A stretch of 64,000 bases of DNA. Origin: Candidatus Thorarchaeota archaeon. GTDB lineage: Archaea > Asgardarchaeota > Thorarchaeia > Thorarchaeales > Thorarchaeaceae. The notes beneath the pieces were generated by a model. That model was given only the letters and a program-made list of their open reading frames with translations. It was not told the DNA's origin and searched no databases. The DNA lies in the NCBI GenBank assembly GCA_046758445.1, contig JBHIAE010000007.1, positions 1 through 64,000 on the forward strand. Direction: 5' to 3'. The translations under genes and the position numbers were made by a program. Below, piece after piece: positions 28,489 through 38,464 of this stretch. Positions within the stretch are counted from its first letter, which is position 1. Every line of letters starts with the position of its first letter.

Positions 28489-29691
28489 TTGCCAGGGACT
28501 GCTGACGCAAAGAAGGACAGTGGCGTCGACGATTCCACCTACAGCGAGAGCTACACGAGACACTTAGAGCGTCGTCTGCGTGCACTTGAAACAGAAAAGC
28601 AGATTCTTCAAGCTGAACGTTCGAGGCTAGAGAAGGAAACTCAGACTCTAAGAACGGAGCTCGAGAAGCTTAGACAGTCGCCTCTCATCACTGCAACGGT
28701 AATCGAAGTACTTGATGACGGACGAGCGGTTGTGAAGAGCTCGACTGGTCCGAACTTCGTTGTTCATATCTCGTCATCCATCCCTAAGGACAAGTTGCAA
28801 CCAGGCATGAGAGTTGCTCTCAATCAGCGATCCTTTGCTGTGACTCAGGAATTGCCTCCACCAAGGGACCCAATGATTAGAGCGATGGAGATTGAAGAAG
28901 CTCCTGAGGTTTCATATGCTGATATCGGCGGGCTAAAGGAGCAACTTCGAGAAATAAGAGAAACCGTTGAGTTGCCACTGCTTAAACCTGACCTCTTTGA
29001 ACAGGTTGGCATCGAGCCCCCAAAGGGTGTCTTGCTGACTGGTTTTCCAGGCACAGGGAAGACTCTGTGTGCTAGAGCTGTCGCGCACGAAACTAACGCG
29101 ACTTTCATCAGAGTTATTGGTTCTGAGTTGGTTCAGAAGTTCATTGGTGAAGGAGCAAGACTCGTTAGGGAGATCTTCCTACTGGCAAAGGAAAAGGCGC
29201 CTGCCATCGTGTTTGTGGACGAGCTTGATGCAGTCGGTTCGCATAGATTGGATATTGCCACTTCTGGTGATAGAGAGGTCCAACGTACGTTGATGCAGTT
29301 GCTCAGTGAGCTTGACGGTTTTGAAACTCGTGGTCAAGTAGCTGTCCTTGGTGCTACGAACCGACCAGACATTCTGGATCCAGCGCTATTGCGCGCAGGG
29401 CGTTTTGATAGAATAATCGATTTTCCAGTCCCAGATGACCAGAGTAGGAAGGAGATATTCAAGATTCACACACGTGGAATGAATGTACATTCCGAACTTG
29501 ATTTTGATAGACTGGTATCTGCCACGCCAAATCTGACGGGTGCTGACATCAAGATAATCTGCACCGAAGCCGGTATGTTTGCTATCCGTGAAAGCAGAGT
29601 CTGTGTAGTTCAAGAAGACTTCAGCAAGGCAATAGCAAAGATTCAGAGTCGAGGTAAGGGTGATGGCGCTCCAAGCACTTTGTATTGTTGA
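28489..29691 (+). CDS. pan: Proteasome-activating nucleotidase
   Basis: Coiled coil plus OB domain, GFPGTGKT, SGDREVQRT, ATNRPDILDPALLR and C-terminal HbYX (LYC). Confidence 0.96.
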   Translation: MPGTADAKKDSGVDDSTYSESYTRHLERRLRALETEKQILQAERSRLEKETQTLRTELEKLRQSPLITATVIEVLDDGRAVVKSSTGPNFVVHISSSIPKDKLQPGMRVALNQRSFAVTQELPPPRDPMIRAMEIEEAPEVSYADIGGLKEQLREIRETVELPLLKPDLFEQVGIEPPKGVLLTGFPGTGKTLCARAVAHETNATFIRVIGSELVQKFIGEGARLVREIFLLAKEKAPAIVFVDELDAVGSHRLDIATSGDREVQRTLMQLLSELDGFETRGQVAVLGATNRPDILDPALLRAGRFDRIIDFPVPDDQSRKEIFKIHTRGMNVHSELDFDRLVSATPNLTGADIKIICTEAGMFAIRESRVCVVQEDFSKAIAKIQSRGKGDGAPSTLYC

Positions 29692-29738
29692 CGCGTCGTA
29701 CCCTGATTGTTGTCAATCACTGCTTTCTGTGAGTCGTC

Positions 29739-30578
29739 ATGAAGTACAGAGAGTTCCTTAGAACTAGCCTCAAGGACCAAGTCCCGTCAGACATACCTCT
29801 CCCTAGCGGATACCATCTCGTAGGACATGTTGCCCTACTACATGTCGATTCTGGACTGGAACCGCATTTTCGCCTACTGGGAGAAGCCACTCTCAGATAT
29901 GACAGGAGAATCGAATCGGTTGCAGTGAAGACAGGTGCTACGACCGGAGTCATGCGGGTACCAGATTACACTCTGGTAGCCGGTAAGAGTGACACAGTCA
30001 CAACACACGTTGAGAATGGAGTTAAGTTCAGACTTGACCCAACACGCGTCACTTTCTCTGGCGGTAATAGAGGAGAGAGAAGTCACATGGCATCCATAGT
30101 CCAGCCTGGCGAGTATGTTCTCGATATGTTTGCCTGTATTGGCCAGTTTGCTCTACCTATGGCGAAGAAAAAGCAAGTGAGGGTCAAGGCGATTGAACTG
30201 AATTCGGAGGCATACAAGTTTCTCATCAATAACATTCGACTGAATGATCTTGATGACTTGGTTGAAGCCATACATGGTGACTGTCGTGTGGTTCATCCTG
30301 TTCACAGTGTGAATAGGGTCATCATGGGATACCTGCATGATACGCAACATTTTCTTCCTCATGCATTGGAAGCGTTGGTAGCCGAAGGAGGCACGGTTCA
30401 CATGCACATTGCTTTGCCTGACAAGGAGGTGGACATACTGATGCGTGATGTCGAGGACCTTTGTTCTAGTAAGGGCTTCATCTCAGGCGTTTCTATACGC
30501 GGCATCAAATGGTATGCGCCTGGTGTTCGGCATTTTGTCCTTGACATCAAGGTCGTTCAATCTTTAGACGACGATTGA
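29739..30578 (+). CDS. Trm5/Taw2 (Met-10+-like) tRNA modification transferase
   Basis: HVENGVKF, FSGGN, DMFACIGQF and RVIMGY motifs. Confidence 0.85.
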   Translation: MKYREFLRTSLKDQVPSDIPLPSGYHLVGHVALLHVDSGLEPHFRLLGEATLRYDRRIESVAVKTGATTGVMRVPDYTLVAGKSDTVTTHVENGVKFRLDPTRVTFSGGNRGERSHMASIVQPGEYVLDMFACIGQFALPMAKKKQVRVKAIELNSEAYKFLINNIRLNDLDDLVEAIHGDCRVVHPVHSVNRVIMGYLHDTQHFLPHALEALVAEGGTVHMHIALPDKEVDILMRDVEDLCSSKGFISGVSIRGIKWYAPGVRHFVLDIKVVQSLDDD

Positions 30579-30651
30579 TGGAGCACAATCATTTTATCCC
30601 TGACTTTGAGTATCAGGACCGAAGATCTTGGAATTGTCTGGGGTATGATGA

Positions 30652-31044
30652 ATGTCACGTAGACGTGGTATGTCGCCAAGAGCCATTGCCAGAATGATGA
30701 AACAGATGGGAATAGAGCAGAAGGACGTTAATGGTGTAAAAGAGGTAATATTCCGATTCGATGACAAGGAGTGGCTGATCGCAGATCCTCAAGTCGTGAT
30801 GATCAAACAGGCGGGAAGTGAATCGTTTCAGGTGTCAGGTAATAAATCGGAAAGAGGACTAACGACTGAAACTGGTGTTTCCCAGAACGTAACGTCTGAA
30901 CCAGAAAAGGAGATTGAGATTCCGATGGAGGACGCCGCACTGGTGGCCAGTCAGACTGGTGTTGACATAGAAGCTGCAAGGCAAGCATTGAAGGAAAGCG
31001 ATGGCGATTTGGCGGCGGCAATATTGAATCTCAGACGTACGTAA
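30652..31044 (+). CDS. nac: Nascent polypeptide-associated complex protein
   Basis: MMKQMGI NAC domain plus UBA (LVASQTGV...GDLAAAI). Confidence 0.95.
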   Translation: MSRRRGMSPRAIARMMKQMGIEQKDVNGVKEVIFRFDDKEWLIADPQVVMIKQAGSESFQVSGNKSERGLTTETGVSQNVTSEPEKEIEIPMEDAALVASQTGVDIEAARQALKESDGDLAAAILNLRRT

Positions 31045-31062
31045 TGTAATACAAATAATACC
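31045..31062. repeat. 9-bp tandem array TGTAATACA-AATAATACC
   Basis: Lies between the convergent 3' ends of nac and atpD; member of the dispersed TGTAWTACA family. Confidence 0.6.
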
Positions 31063-31074
31063 AACAGTTGTCCG

Positions 31075-31707
31075 TTACTGTTCGGACTCCATTCTTTCCT
31101 TTAGGAATTTGAGTCTGAAGAAGTCCTCACGCTCTCGCTCCTCTAGTGCTTGCTTCACATATCTTGCAGTAGCATCAAGTCGAGGAATTACGACTGTTTC
31201 AAGAGCTGACACGCGCCTCTTGGTGCACTCGACTTCGACTGCCAGCCTCTTGACTGTTGAGTCGATCTCGGCCAGACGTACCACCGCTTTCAATGCTTCT
31301 TTGAACTTGGTTGACATGACGTCAAGTTGCACGCTAGAGTCTGGTAGGGAGTAAGGAAGTTCTGGCACGCGTTGCTCAACTGATAGGACTGGTACTAGGA
31401 CTCCCATCATGGACCGTGTAGAGATTCTCAGGTCAGCCTGAACTCTGCTCGCATTGGCAAACTCCACAACTTCGGAAGGCCCCATAATCATCTTGGTCTT
31501 TGTGAGAGCGGAGAAAGCCTCTGAGAGAGCGGTTTCAACCTTCTCTCGAGTGTCCTTGACCTCAGCAAGGACGTTGAAGAGCTCCATGATTAGTGAGTCG
31601 CGTTTCTCCTTAAGTAGGTCGTGACCACGCTCTGCCAGCCTCATTCTGTTCTTCAATCGAAGAAGCTCCATTCGCGTTGTCTTGGTTCCTGGCAGGATCT
31701 TACTCAT
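31075..31707 (-). CDS. atpD: A/V-type ATP synthase subunit D (stand-alone)
   Basis: TRMELL..K....AERGHDLLKEKRD, T.RRV.ALE..IP and LEERERE.F.RLK motifs. Confidence 0.93.
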   Translation of the reverse strand: MSKILPGTKTTRMELLRLKNRMRLAERGHDLLKEKRDSLIMELFNVLAEVKDTREKVETALSEAFSALTKTKMIMGPSEVVEFANASRVQADLRISTRSMMGVLVPVLSVEQRVPELPYSLPDSSVQLDVMSTKFKEALKAVVRLAEIDSTVKRLAVEVECTKRRVSALETVVIPRLDATARYVKQALEEREREDFFRLKFLKERMESEQ

Positions 31708-31791
31708 TGGCAGTCCCTTCAGAGATATGAATATGACTTCCTGGACTGAGCCGTGTCACATACTGATGTCCTAAAACTCTTGTGATGGGCA

Positions 31792-32073
31792 TCATGTGAA
31801 AGTCACTACAAGTGCACTCATGATTATGGCAAAGGCGCAGATCAGAAGCCAATCTCGGACGTATCTCTTGACGAGTCTTGGTCGATCATTGATCTGTCCG
31901 GTCACGATCAGAGTCATGAATGAAATGAATAGAAAGGCAAAAGGAAGAGCGACTGTCGAACTTGTCAGCGGCGCATCGGTGATCAGGATTATTGCAGCTA
32001 GTGCACCAAAGACGAGGAAGCTCAGTATCATCAATGAGTTCATTACATGCCGGATTCGGTCGACGTCCATCAT
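31792..32073 (-). CDS. Small 3-TM membrane protein
   Basis: Three hydrophobic helices; AGGAG RBS upstream. Confidence 0.65.
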   Translation of the reverse strand: MMDVDRIRHVMNSLMILSFLVFGALAAIILITDAPLTSSTVALPFAFLFISFMTLIVTGQINDRPRLVKRYVRDWLLICAFAIIMSALVVTFT

Positions 32074-32224
32074 AGATTACTCCTTTCGCATTGACCGGTC
32101 CGTTTCCGGACTAGCCTCCTCGCTGCTCCATTCTGTTCAAAAAGGTTACGTCTTGTTGGTGGGTTGAAAGTAGACACCGAAAGATTCACCGCACTACTTA
32201 TTAGCCACTGACTCATCGGAGGAT

Positions 32225-32251
32225 TGTATTACAAGAAGTACATGTGATACC
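32225..32251. repeat. 9-bp tandem array TGTATTACA-AGAAGTACA-TGTGATACC (left arm of 15-bp inverted repeat)
   Basis: 32225-32239 is the exact reverse complement of 33557-33571. Confidence 0.75.
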
Positions 32252-32265
32252 GTGGGGTACACATC

Positions 32266-33240
32266 ATGACAATAGCGATTCACGAGAGTGCGTTGATTCG
32301 CCACTTCAATACTCGCAAGGAAGTCTTGCGGGCTTGGGAAGAGCGGATTGGTGCTCGGTTCTCTCCCTTTCGTGGTTACAAGATGCCAGACTCACGACTC
32401 TACATTGAATGGCCGGAGTTCCTTGATCACCTTGTAGATTTGATTCTCACCAATGAGCGGCACATCTTCCTTAGGGGCCCAGTAGGGTCTGGGAAGAGTA
32501 CACTGATGTTGCTTGCTCTGAGAGACCTGCCAACCTTAGCTGATCGCAGAGGAAACAAATTCGTGACTGGTTATGTTGGCATGACAGGACTTTATGAGAA
32601 ACAGATGTCAGCTGCCATTGCCGACTCTTTGAGGATAAAGTATCGAAGATCATGGGAGTCCAGTCAAATCATAGAGACTGTCGCTCAGGAATCTGTGAGA
32701 AGGTATATCGAGGAGAACTGTCGCACTTCACTGTTCCTTGAGGATGTCGCAGACAATCAGGAAACGGCATTCCACAAGCTGCGATATCTGGCTGATCTTC
32801 CAACTCAAGAGATGAAAGCTGATTATCCGGACGTGCTCGATGAACCAATTGTCACGCTGATAATGTCTGGGACTGCAATCTACTGGAATGCAATGCTTTC
32901 GTTCCTACCACAGATTGCAGATAGGACTGAGCCTTTGGATGTCCCACCGTTTGATGATCAAAAGGCAAAGGAGTTTATCGGGAGAAGAATCTACTATGCT
33001 CAAGGACGTATAGACAGCTTTGACCCTGGTAACTATGAGATCTATCCATTCGATAACGCTGCAATTGAGGTTATCAATGAAGCGGCCAAGGGGAATCCAC
33101 GTGACATTCGGATGTTGGCAAGAGGATGTCAGCAGGTGGCCGCAGAAGGTTTCAGACGGAACGGAGATCCAGAAGTGGGCAGAGAGATTGCCAAACTAGT
33201 ATCAGAAGCTTATGCTGAACTGCTTAGAGAGGTGCGCTAG
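32266..33240 (+). CDS. AAA+ ATPase (ExeA/TnsC/Cdc6-clade-like) without a C-terminal winged helix
   Basis: Walker A GPVGSGKS, Walker B LFLED, sensor-1 strand LIMSGT, Arg finger QIADR, sensor-2 GNPRDI. Confidence 0.85.
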   Translation: MTIAIHESALIRHFNTRKEVLRAWEERIGARFSPFRGYKMPDSRLYIEWPEFLDHLVDLILTNERHIFLRGPVGSGKSTLMLLALRDLPTLADRRGNKFVTGYVGMTGLYEKQMSAAIADSLRIKYRRSWESSQIIETVAQESVRRYIEENCRTSLFLEDVADNQETAFHKLRYLADLPTQEMKADYPDVLDEPIVTLIMSGTAIYWNAMLSFLPQIADRTEPLDVPPFDDQKAKEFIGRRIYYAQGRIDSFDPGNYEIYPFDNAAIEVINEAAKGNPRDIRMLARGCQQVAAEGFRRNGDPEVGREIAKLVSEAYAELLREVR

Positions 33241-33242
33241 GT

Positions 33243-33530
33243 TTGAGTGTTCTAAAGAAGTATCGTGATTCCGAAGAAGAGAGAGATGCAAGACCAACAG
33301 CTGTGGAAAGAACTACTGTAAATGAAAGAAGTAGGTCTGTGGTAGCAGTACCTAACAAAGAACGAAAGAGTCCAATTGTATCGTTTTCGTTCACCACAGA
33401 GCTTAGATCATGTCTTCAAAACGTGAGAAATGAAAGGGCAATTAATCTGAGTATGTGGGTTGAACGGAGATTACGAGAAGCTCTGTCCGAGGAGTTTCCG
33501 GACATAGCCAGCAGACATCTAGAAGAGTAG
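33243..33530 (+). CDS. Ribbon-helix-helix DNA-binding protein with flexible N-terminal tail
   Basis: Charged, disordered N-terminus, beta strand IVSFSFT, helix ELRSCLQNVRNE and helix NLSMWVERRLREAL; starts 2 nt after the ATPase. Confidence 0.7.
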   Translation: MSVLKKYRDSEEERDARPTAVERTTVNERSRSVVAVPNKERKSPIVSFSFTTELRSCLQNVRNERAINLSMWVERRLREALSEEFPDIASRHLEE

Positions 33531-33556
33531 TTTCATCAACCGACTCAAACCCACTC

Positions 33557-33571
33557 ACTTCTTGTAATACA
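33557..33571. repeat. Right arm of 15-bp inverted repeat (ACTTCTTGTAATACA)
   Basis: Exact reverse complement of 32225-32239; between convergent gene ends. Confidence 0.75.
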
Positions 33572-33610
33572 CATGAATAGAGAAGACAAGCTTTTGTTGC
33601 ACATTTCCTA

Positions 33611-34996
33611 CTACTTGTGCATCTCTGCGTACTCTGCAACACGGGCCATGCACAGTGCTGCCAGAGATGGATCATCATAACATGGAACTCTGTTCATCTC
33701 GAGCAGGTCCCTTCCGGGCTTTCCTACATCTGCGGCCAACCATACTCCAACGACAGGCTTTCCCTCATCAGCAGCTCGGATACCTTCTAGAGTTCCTTCA
33801 GCATGCTCTGTCTGTGTCATCCCTGCAAATGTTGGGACTGCACAGATGACCAGCAGGATATCAACATTGGGATCCTTCAGTAGCAACTCGGTACTTACAC
33901 GATACTCTCTCTGGCCCCCACTTGCTACAACATCTATGGGATTACTGACTGATGCCATGGGAGGAAGAATCTGATTGAGTAGCTGTCCTGTTTCTTCGTC
34001 AAGGATAGGAACGTTTAGTCGAGAATCAAAGGCGGCATCAGCGGCAAGAACTCCTGCACCGCCTGTATTACTAATAATACCAACATTACGTCCCTTGGGA
34101 AGTGGTTGATAGTCAAAGAGTTTGCACACTTCAAGGAGGCTGTTCAGGGTGGGAGCAGTAACACAGCGAGCTTGCCGTATCATTCCATTGAACACTTTGA
34201 CTGAACCGGCCAGAGATCCAGTATGGGATAACGTGGCACTTGCACCAAGTTCACTTTTGCCGCCCTTTAGTACGACAACTGGTTTCTTGCGGGCGGCTTC
34301 ATGAAGTGACTCGAAGAAGGTCCTGCCCTGATCAACACCTTCAACGTACATGGCAATTACAGTCGTGCCGGAATCTTCGCCCAAGTAGTCAATGATTTCA
34401 GAGAACTGTACATCAGCTGCGTTTCCCAGACTCGCAAACTTGCTCATCCCAATCCTTTTGGCTCGAGCTTCATAGATGATCATTCCACCTAGCGCACCAC
34501 TTTGAGAAACGAGGGCAATATTACCTGAATCTGGCATCATAGTGAAGGTCCCATTGAAGAGCTTGGTATTGGAGACACCAACGCAATTCGGTCCTATCAT
34601 TCTGACTCCCGCACTCTTTGCTGCTTTCACAAGTTCTCCTTCAAGCTTCGAGCCAGCACCTCCTCTTTCACTGAACCCTCCTGAAACTACAACCGCCGCC
34701 TTGGCCCCTGCCCCGGGGACTTCCGCCATCAGACCTGGACAGTGCTTTGCTGCGACTGCCACTATGACCAAATCGACTGGTCCTGGAAGGTTTCCCAGAC
34801 TTGAGTAGGCCTTAACTCCAAGTACCTCGCTTCCACTTCGTGTCACTGGATAAGTTTCAATCTTGGACGCCAAGAGATTCATCAGAATCGTATGGCCCAG
34901 CTTTCGATGGTCGGAGGAAGCTCCGACCAGTGCCACTCGCTTGGGATTGAAGAACAGATCAATCTCGTGGAACTTGTCCACTTGCGAGTCTGTCAT
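33611..34996 (-). CDS. acdA: Acetate--CoA ligase (ADP-forming) alpha subunit
   Basis: VALVGAS, GPNCVG, SQSGALG, SHTGSLAG (phospho-His) and NPIDV motifs. Confidence 0.9.
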   Translation of the reverse strand: MTDSQVDKFHEIDLFFNPKRVALVGASSDHRKLGHTILMNLLASKIETYPVTRSGSEVLGVKAYSSLGNLPGPVDLVIVAVAAKHCPGLMAEVPGAGAKAAVVVSGGFSERGGAGSKLEGELVKAAKSAGVRMIGPNCVGVSNTKLFNGTFTMMPDSGNIALVSQSGALGGMIIYEARAKRIGMSKFASLGNAADVQFSEIIDYLGEDSGTTVIAMYVEGVDQGRTFFESLHEAARKKPVVVLKGGKSELGASATLSHTGSLAGSVKVFNGMIRQARCVTAPTLNSLLEVCKLFDYQPLPKGRNVGIISNTGGAGVLAADAAFDSRLNVPILDEETGQLLNQILPPMASVSNPIDVVASGGQREYRVSTELLLKDPNVDILLVICAVPTFAGMTQTEHAEGTLEGIRAADEGKPVVGVWLAADVGKPGRDLLEMNRVPCYDDPSLAALCMARVAEYAEMHK

Positions 34997-35056
34997 AATC
35001 CTCACGCGGTCTACAGTCGATTTATGTCTGCCGAGATTCTCCTCGATTCCATCAAT

Positions 35057-36298
35057 CTATTTCGAGATTCTGCCAAGGAAGCGTTTGAGTATGCCTTGAC
35101 TTCTGCAGCCAGATTCTAGCACTCCTTCAATTACAGGCACAGCTTCGGGGCATTTCTTGGAGATGTTCTCTAGGGCATTCAGTACAGGTTGGACTATCCA
35201 TTTCTTCTTGCCACGGCAGAGAGTTTCAGCAAGGGTCAGGACCGCAGAATCGTTGTAGAGATTTCCAAGAACATTGATTGCTGGTGTCGCAACACGAGGA
35301 TCGTCAAGCCTCACAAGCTTTTCGAGTGCAATGATTGAGTTGATGCTTCGAACTGCAACGTGGGTCTTCATACACTCAAGCAGAATTCGGTAGTTATCAC
35401 TGGACGGCGATTCGTGATATTGTGTTGCTGTATTCTCGAGTAGTACGCTAAGGGTGGATAACGAGTGTCTACTGGCATAGGATGAGAGGGCTTCAAGATT
35501 CTGATTGATTATGCCTTTGAGAAGATTTGCGTACAATGAGTTTGATGGAACAACCAGGTCTTTTGGATCGACATCTTCTTCTCTCTGGATTTGAATCTCA
35601 CCGCTAACTGCTCGTGATACTTGTATTACCGATAATACTACTTCAAATTGGTCTACAGGCAATTGCGTTCCTTTGACTCCCAACTCCGAAAGTGCCCGTC
35701 GCCCATACTCTGTATACCACAGAGGTGTAACATCAATGGTACTTCCACTTTGAATGAGTGTAAGATCGACGATCTGTCTGAGCCTAGTAGATTCAAGGGC
35801 AGCTTCTAGCTTTTCGAATGTTTGAACGTTCAGTATCGGAAGATCAAAGAATAGAGTATCGCCATCTTCTGTTTGTTCCAAACTCAATTGTCGAACGTGC
35901 GTGACAAAGGAGTGTGTGGCCTCAGCTAATGATTCTTCGTCTTCCAGCCTCTTGAGAAGATTGATTGTATCGAAATCTACAGGCTCCAGCCCCGAAGCTG
36001 AAAGAAGCTGAAACACCATCTCTCGATACTTGATTGGCTCAATCCTTGTGCGTACCTTTCCGAAACTTGCTGGTGTGACATAATCGGCCTCTGCCGCCAT
36101 AATCAGATATCGGACTGCGGCACTCCACCCTTCGTCGCGCTCTGTTTCAGCAATGACATCGAGCAGGTCTCTACCTCTTCGTTCTCCGATGGCATCAGCA
36201 AAATGATTGACTCGTTGCTCTCTCTCGGATTCTACTGCCTTGTCCTTGAGAGCTCTCATGAACCACTTCTTGTCGTCCTCATTGGTCAAGATAGCCAC
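35057..36298 (-). CDS. Hypothetical helical protein with C-terminal HEAT-like repeats
   Basis: 413 aa; C-terminal ALEKL...AINVLGNL...VLNALENI pattern. Confidence 0.65.
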   Translation of the reverse strand: MAILTNEDDKKWFMRALKDKAVESEREQRVNHFADAIGERRGRDLLDVIAETERDEGWSAAVRYLIMAAEADYVTPASFGKVRTRIEPIKYREMVFQLLSASGLEPVDFDTINLLKRLEDEESLAEATHSFVTHVRQLSLEQTEDGDTLFFDLPILNVQTFEKLEAALESTRLRQIVDLTLIQSGSTIDVTPLWYTEYGRRALSELGVKGTQLPVDQFEVVLSVIQVSRAVSGEIQIQREEDVDPKDLVVPSNSLYANLLKGIINQNLEALSSYASRHSLSTLSVLLENTATQYHESPSSDNYRILLECMKTHVAVRSINSIIALEKLVRLDDPRVATPAINVLGNLYNDSAVLTLAETLCRGKKKWIVQPVLNALENISKKCPEAVPVIEGVLESGCRSQGILKRFLGRISK

Positions 36299-36378
36299 CG
36301 AGTCAACACGGATAGTCCGTCAATGCCTAATGAAAAGGTTGGCGTATTACTTCTATTACAAGGTTCTGACTCTGGTCC

Positions 36379-36945
36379 CTATGTGGTTTCTACCTTGCGC
36401 CTCGAAAGTTCTGACTTAAGAGCTGCTGACGCATTGAGCTCTTCTAGTGCAGAAAGTATTGTTTCCTCAACCAGACGATAGCTCTCAATTTCTTCCTTTG
36501 ACAGTGTGGCCTTGCCTGACAGTACGTCACGGACTCTCCGGTAGTCACCGATTCTAGTGGCGACCTCTTCGAAAGGCCGGAACAGTGTGAGATCAAACAT
36601 GCCAAGGTATGCCAGAAGGAGCATTGTGTAGAAACATCGGGTAACATTCCTTCGCGCTTGTTTCAGCGTCCTATTGAAAGCACCACGGGTAACACCGGTT
36701 GCCTTTCTTCCAGACTTTGACCTGTAGGAGGCCTTGTCATCATATGGGATGTGGCTGCCATACTCATCTTCCACGACTAGATCAATCAGCAGCGTTTCCA
36801 GTTGGATTTCAGTTAGTACTGACTGATCAAGTAGTGCCTTCAGTATTGGCTCTCTTAACACTCGACGGGCTGCAGTGGCAAGTTGTCTGATTGACACTCC
36901 CTCTCTTTTCGAGTCGGATTTCTTGGGACTCATGTTCTCATTCAC
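36379..36945 (-). CDS. Conserved archaeal HTH-like hypothetical protein
   Basis: LTEIQLETL...GVTRGAFNRTLKQARRN...TMLLLAYLG helix-turn-helix-like segment. Confidence 0.7.
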   Translation of the reverse strand: MNENMSPKKSDSKREGVSIRQLATAARRVLREPILKALLDQSVLTEIQLETLLIDLVVEDEYGSHIPYDDKASYRSKSGRKATGVTRGAFNRTLKQARRNVTRCFYTMLLLAYLGMFDLTLFRPFEEVATRIGDYRRVRDVLSGKATLSKEEIESYRLVEETILSALEELNASAALKSELSRRKVETT

Positions 36946-37167
36946 CGAGTGACTTCTGTATCACGCCTTGGCTGAACGGCGCCATTCAATAATGGCTTCA
37001 TAACCCTGTGAAGCGCGTTTAGAGGATTATGAGTGCTGTTTTCTTTTCGTGGTTGTTGGGCCACTGTGCGGATACAAATCTGTATACAAATGATTGTGTT
37101 GACCGGTTTAAATGCTCGCCGGTAGCTACTAGGGGAATACCTTTGGAAACTGAAACAGAACAGTGGA

Positions 37168-37584
37168 TTATCTAAGTGGGAGCTTCCATTCTGCTTCCGG
37201 TGACATCAACACAAATCCTAGGATTAGGTTTCCTCGAATCTCATCAAACTTGTAGACACCAAACACATGTTTCTTCTTGCTGTCAGTCCATTCAATCTTG
37301 CCTCTGGCAAGGTAGTGTTGAAAAATGGCACGACACTGCTTCCGAACACTTGCGAATAGATTCCGATAGCGCTTGCGTTGCGATGGCCTGATCCCCCATC
37401 TCTCTAGAATGAATCTGTTAGCGAAACTGTTACTGGAAACTAGGATTGACTTCCGCTTCTTTCTCAGTTTCTCCGTTGATTTAATGAGAGTGTTCTTGAA
37501 ACAATCAAGAACACTTGCGAGTATGGATGGAGTCAACTTGGGTTCGAACAGGATGGACCGGGTATCTTCATCTGGCACGCGCAA
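37168..37584 (-). CDS. Basic hypothetical protein
   Basis: 138 aa Lys/Arg-rich ORF with natural composition. Confidence 0.55.
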   Translation of the reverse strand: MRVPDEDTRSILFEPKLTPSILASVLDCFKNTLIKSTEKLRKKRKSILVSSNSFANRFILERWGIRPSQRKRYRNLFASVRKQCRAIFQHYLARGKIEWTDSKKKHVFGVYKFDEIRGNLILGFVLMSPEAEWKLPLR

Positions 37585-37706
37585 GTCAGTTCGTAGGTTG
37601 GTGAGGCTTCAATGCTTATGAGGTCCTACAAATTGAGTGCTCGTAGAGTCTTACCACTTCGGCGAATCAATGATGGAATTTCACTGGAACAACTAGTTCT
37701 TGGGCA

Positions 37707-37733
37707 AGTAATGCTTGTAATACATGTCATACG
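37707..37733. repeat. 9-bp tandem array AGTAATGCT-TGTAATACA-TGTCATACG
   Basis: Intergenic; same family as 32225. Confidence 0.65.
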
Positions 37734-37834
37734 GACTCAGCTGACCGAAGATGCAATGCACAAACTCCAACACATGCGAACTTTGGTTATCAATGCAGAC
37801 TCTTCGGACAAGATCCTTGTAGACACGAAGCTTA

Positions 37835-38464
37835 CTATGCATGCTTCATCAAAGCTTGAACTGTGGACATTCCAAGTTCCAACGCCTTGAGATTGATTGA
37901 TTCATACTTCTTGGAGAATGCGGCGCGTACTACCTCAATAGCTGTGTCTTTGCCTATTGGTGTTGCTCCAGTTCCGAGAACTCCGCCTAACATCACCATG
38001 TTTAGGGACATGGTGTTCCCGGCTTCCTTCGCGAGCTCCATCGCATCGATCTCGAGAATACAATCTGTGAATTCTCTCATAGCCGCAAGGATCCTCTCAT
38101 GTGCGGGATACTCTGCTTTACCCATTGAAACATCTACTGGATATTGGACGTGAGAGCTCATCAGTACGCAACCATCTTCCATCACGTAGTGAATCTCTCG
38201 CAATGTTTCGATTGGTTCGAAGCCTACAAGTAGATTGGCAGAACCCGGATCCACAATTGGCCCTCGTGCACCTTCTCCAATCCTAACAGTACAGACAACA
38301 TGTCCCCCACGCTGGGCCATACCGTGAATCTCACCCACACGGACATTGTGGGAGTCGGCCAAGGCCGCCTTCGCCAGTATCTCAGCAAGACTCAACACGC
38401 CCTGACCTCCAACACCAGAAATGGCAATATTGATTGTATTACTATTATTACTAGTCACTGTCAT
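37835..38464 (-). CDS. iorB: Indolepyruvate:ferredoxin oxidoreductase beta subunit
   Basis: GVGGQG, EIHGMAQRGG and NMVMLG motifs; overlaps the iorA stop. Confidence 0.95.
   Translation of the reverse strand: MTVTSNNSNTINIAISGVGGQGVLSLAEILAKAALADSHNVRVGEIHGMAQRGGHVVCTVRIGEGARGPIVDPGSANLLVGFEPIETLREIHYVMEDGCVLMSSHVQYPVDVSMGKAEYPAHERILAAMREFTDCILEIDAMELAKEAGNTMSLNMVMLGGVLGTGATPIGKDTAIEVVRAAFSKKYESINLKALELGMSTVQALMKHA

Noticed and set aside
32225-33571. 15-bp inverted repeats read as transposon terminal repeats around a TnsC/IstB-like ATPase
   Set aside because: No transposase is present, no target-site duplication was seen, and the same motif recurs at many other sites. It fits protein-binding sites better than element ends.
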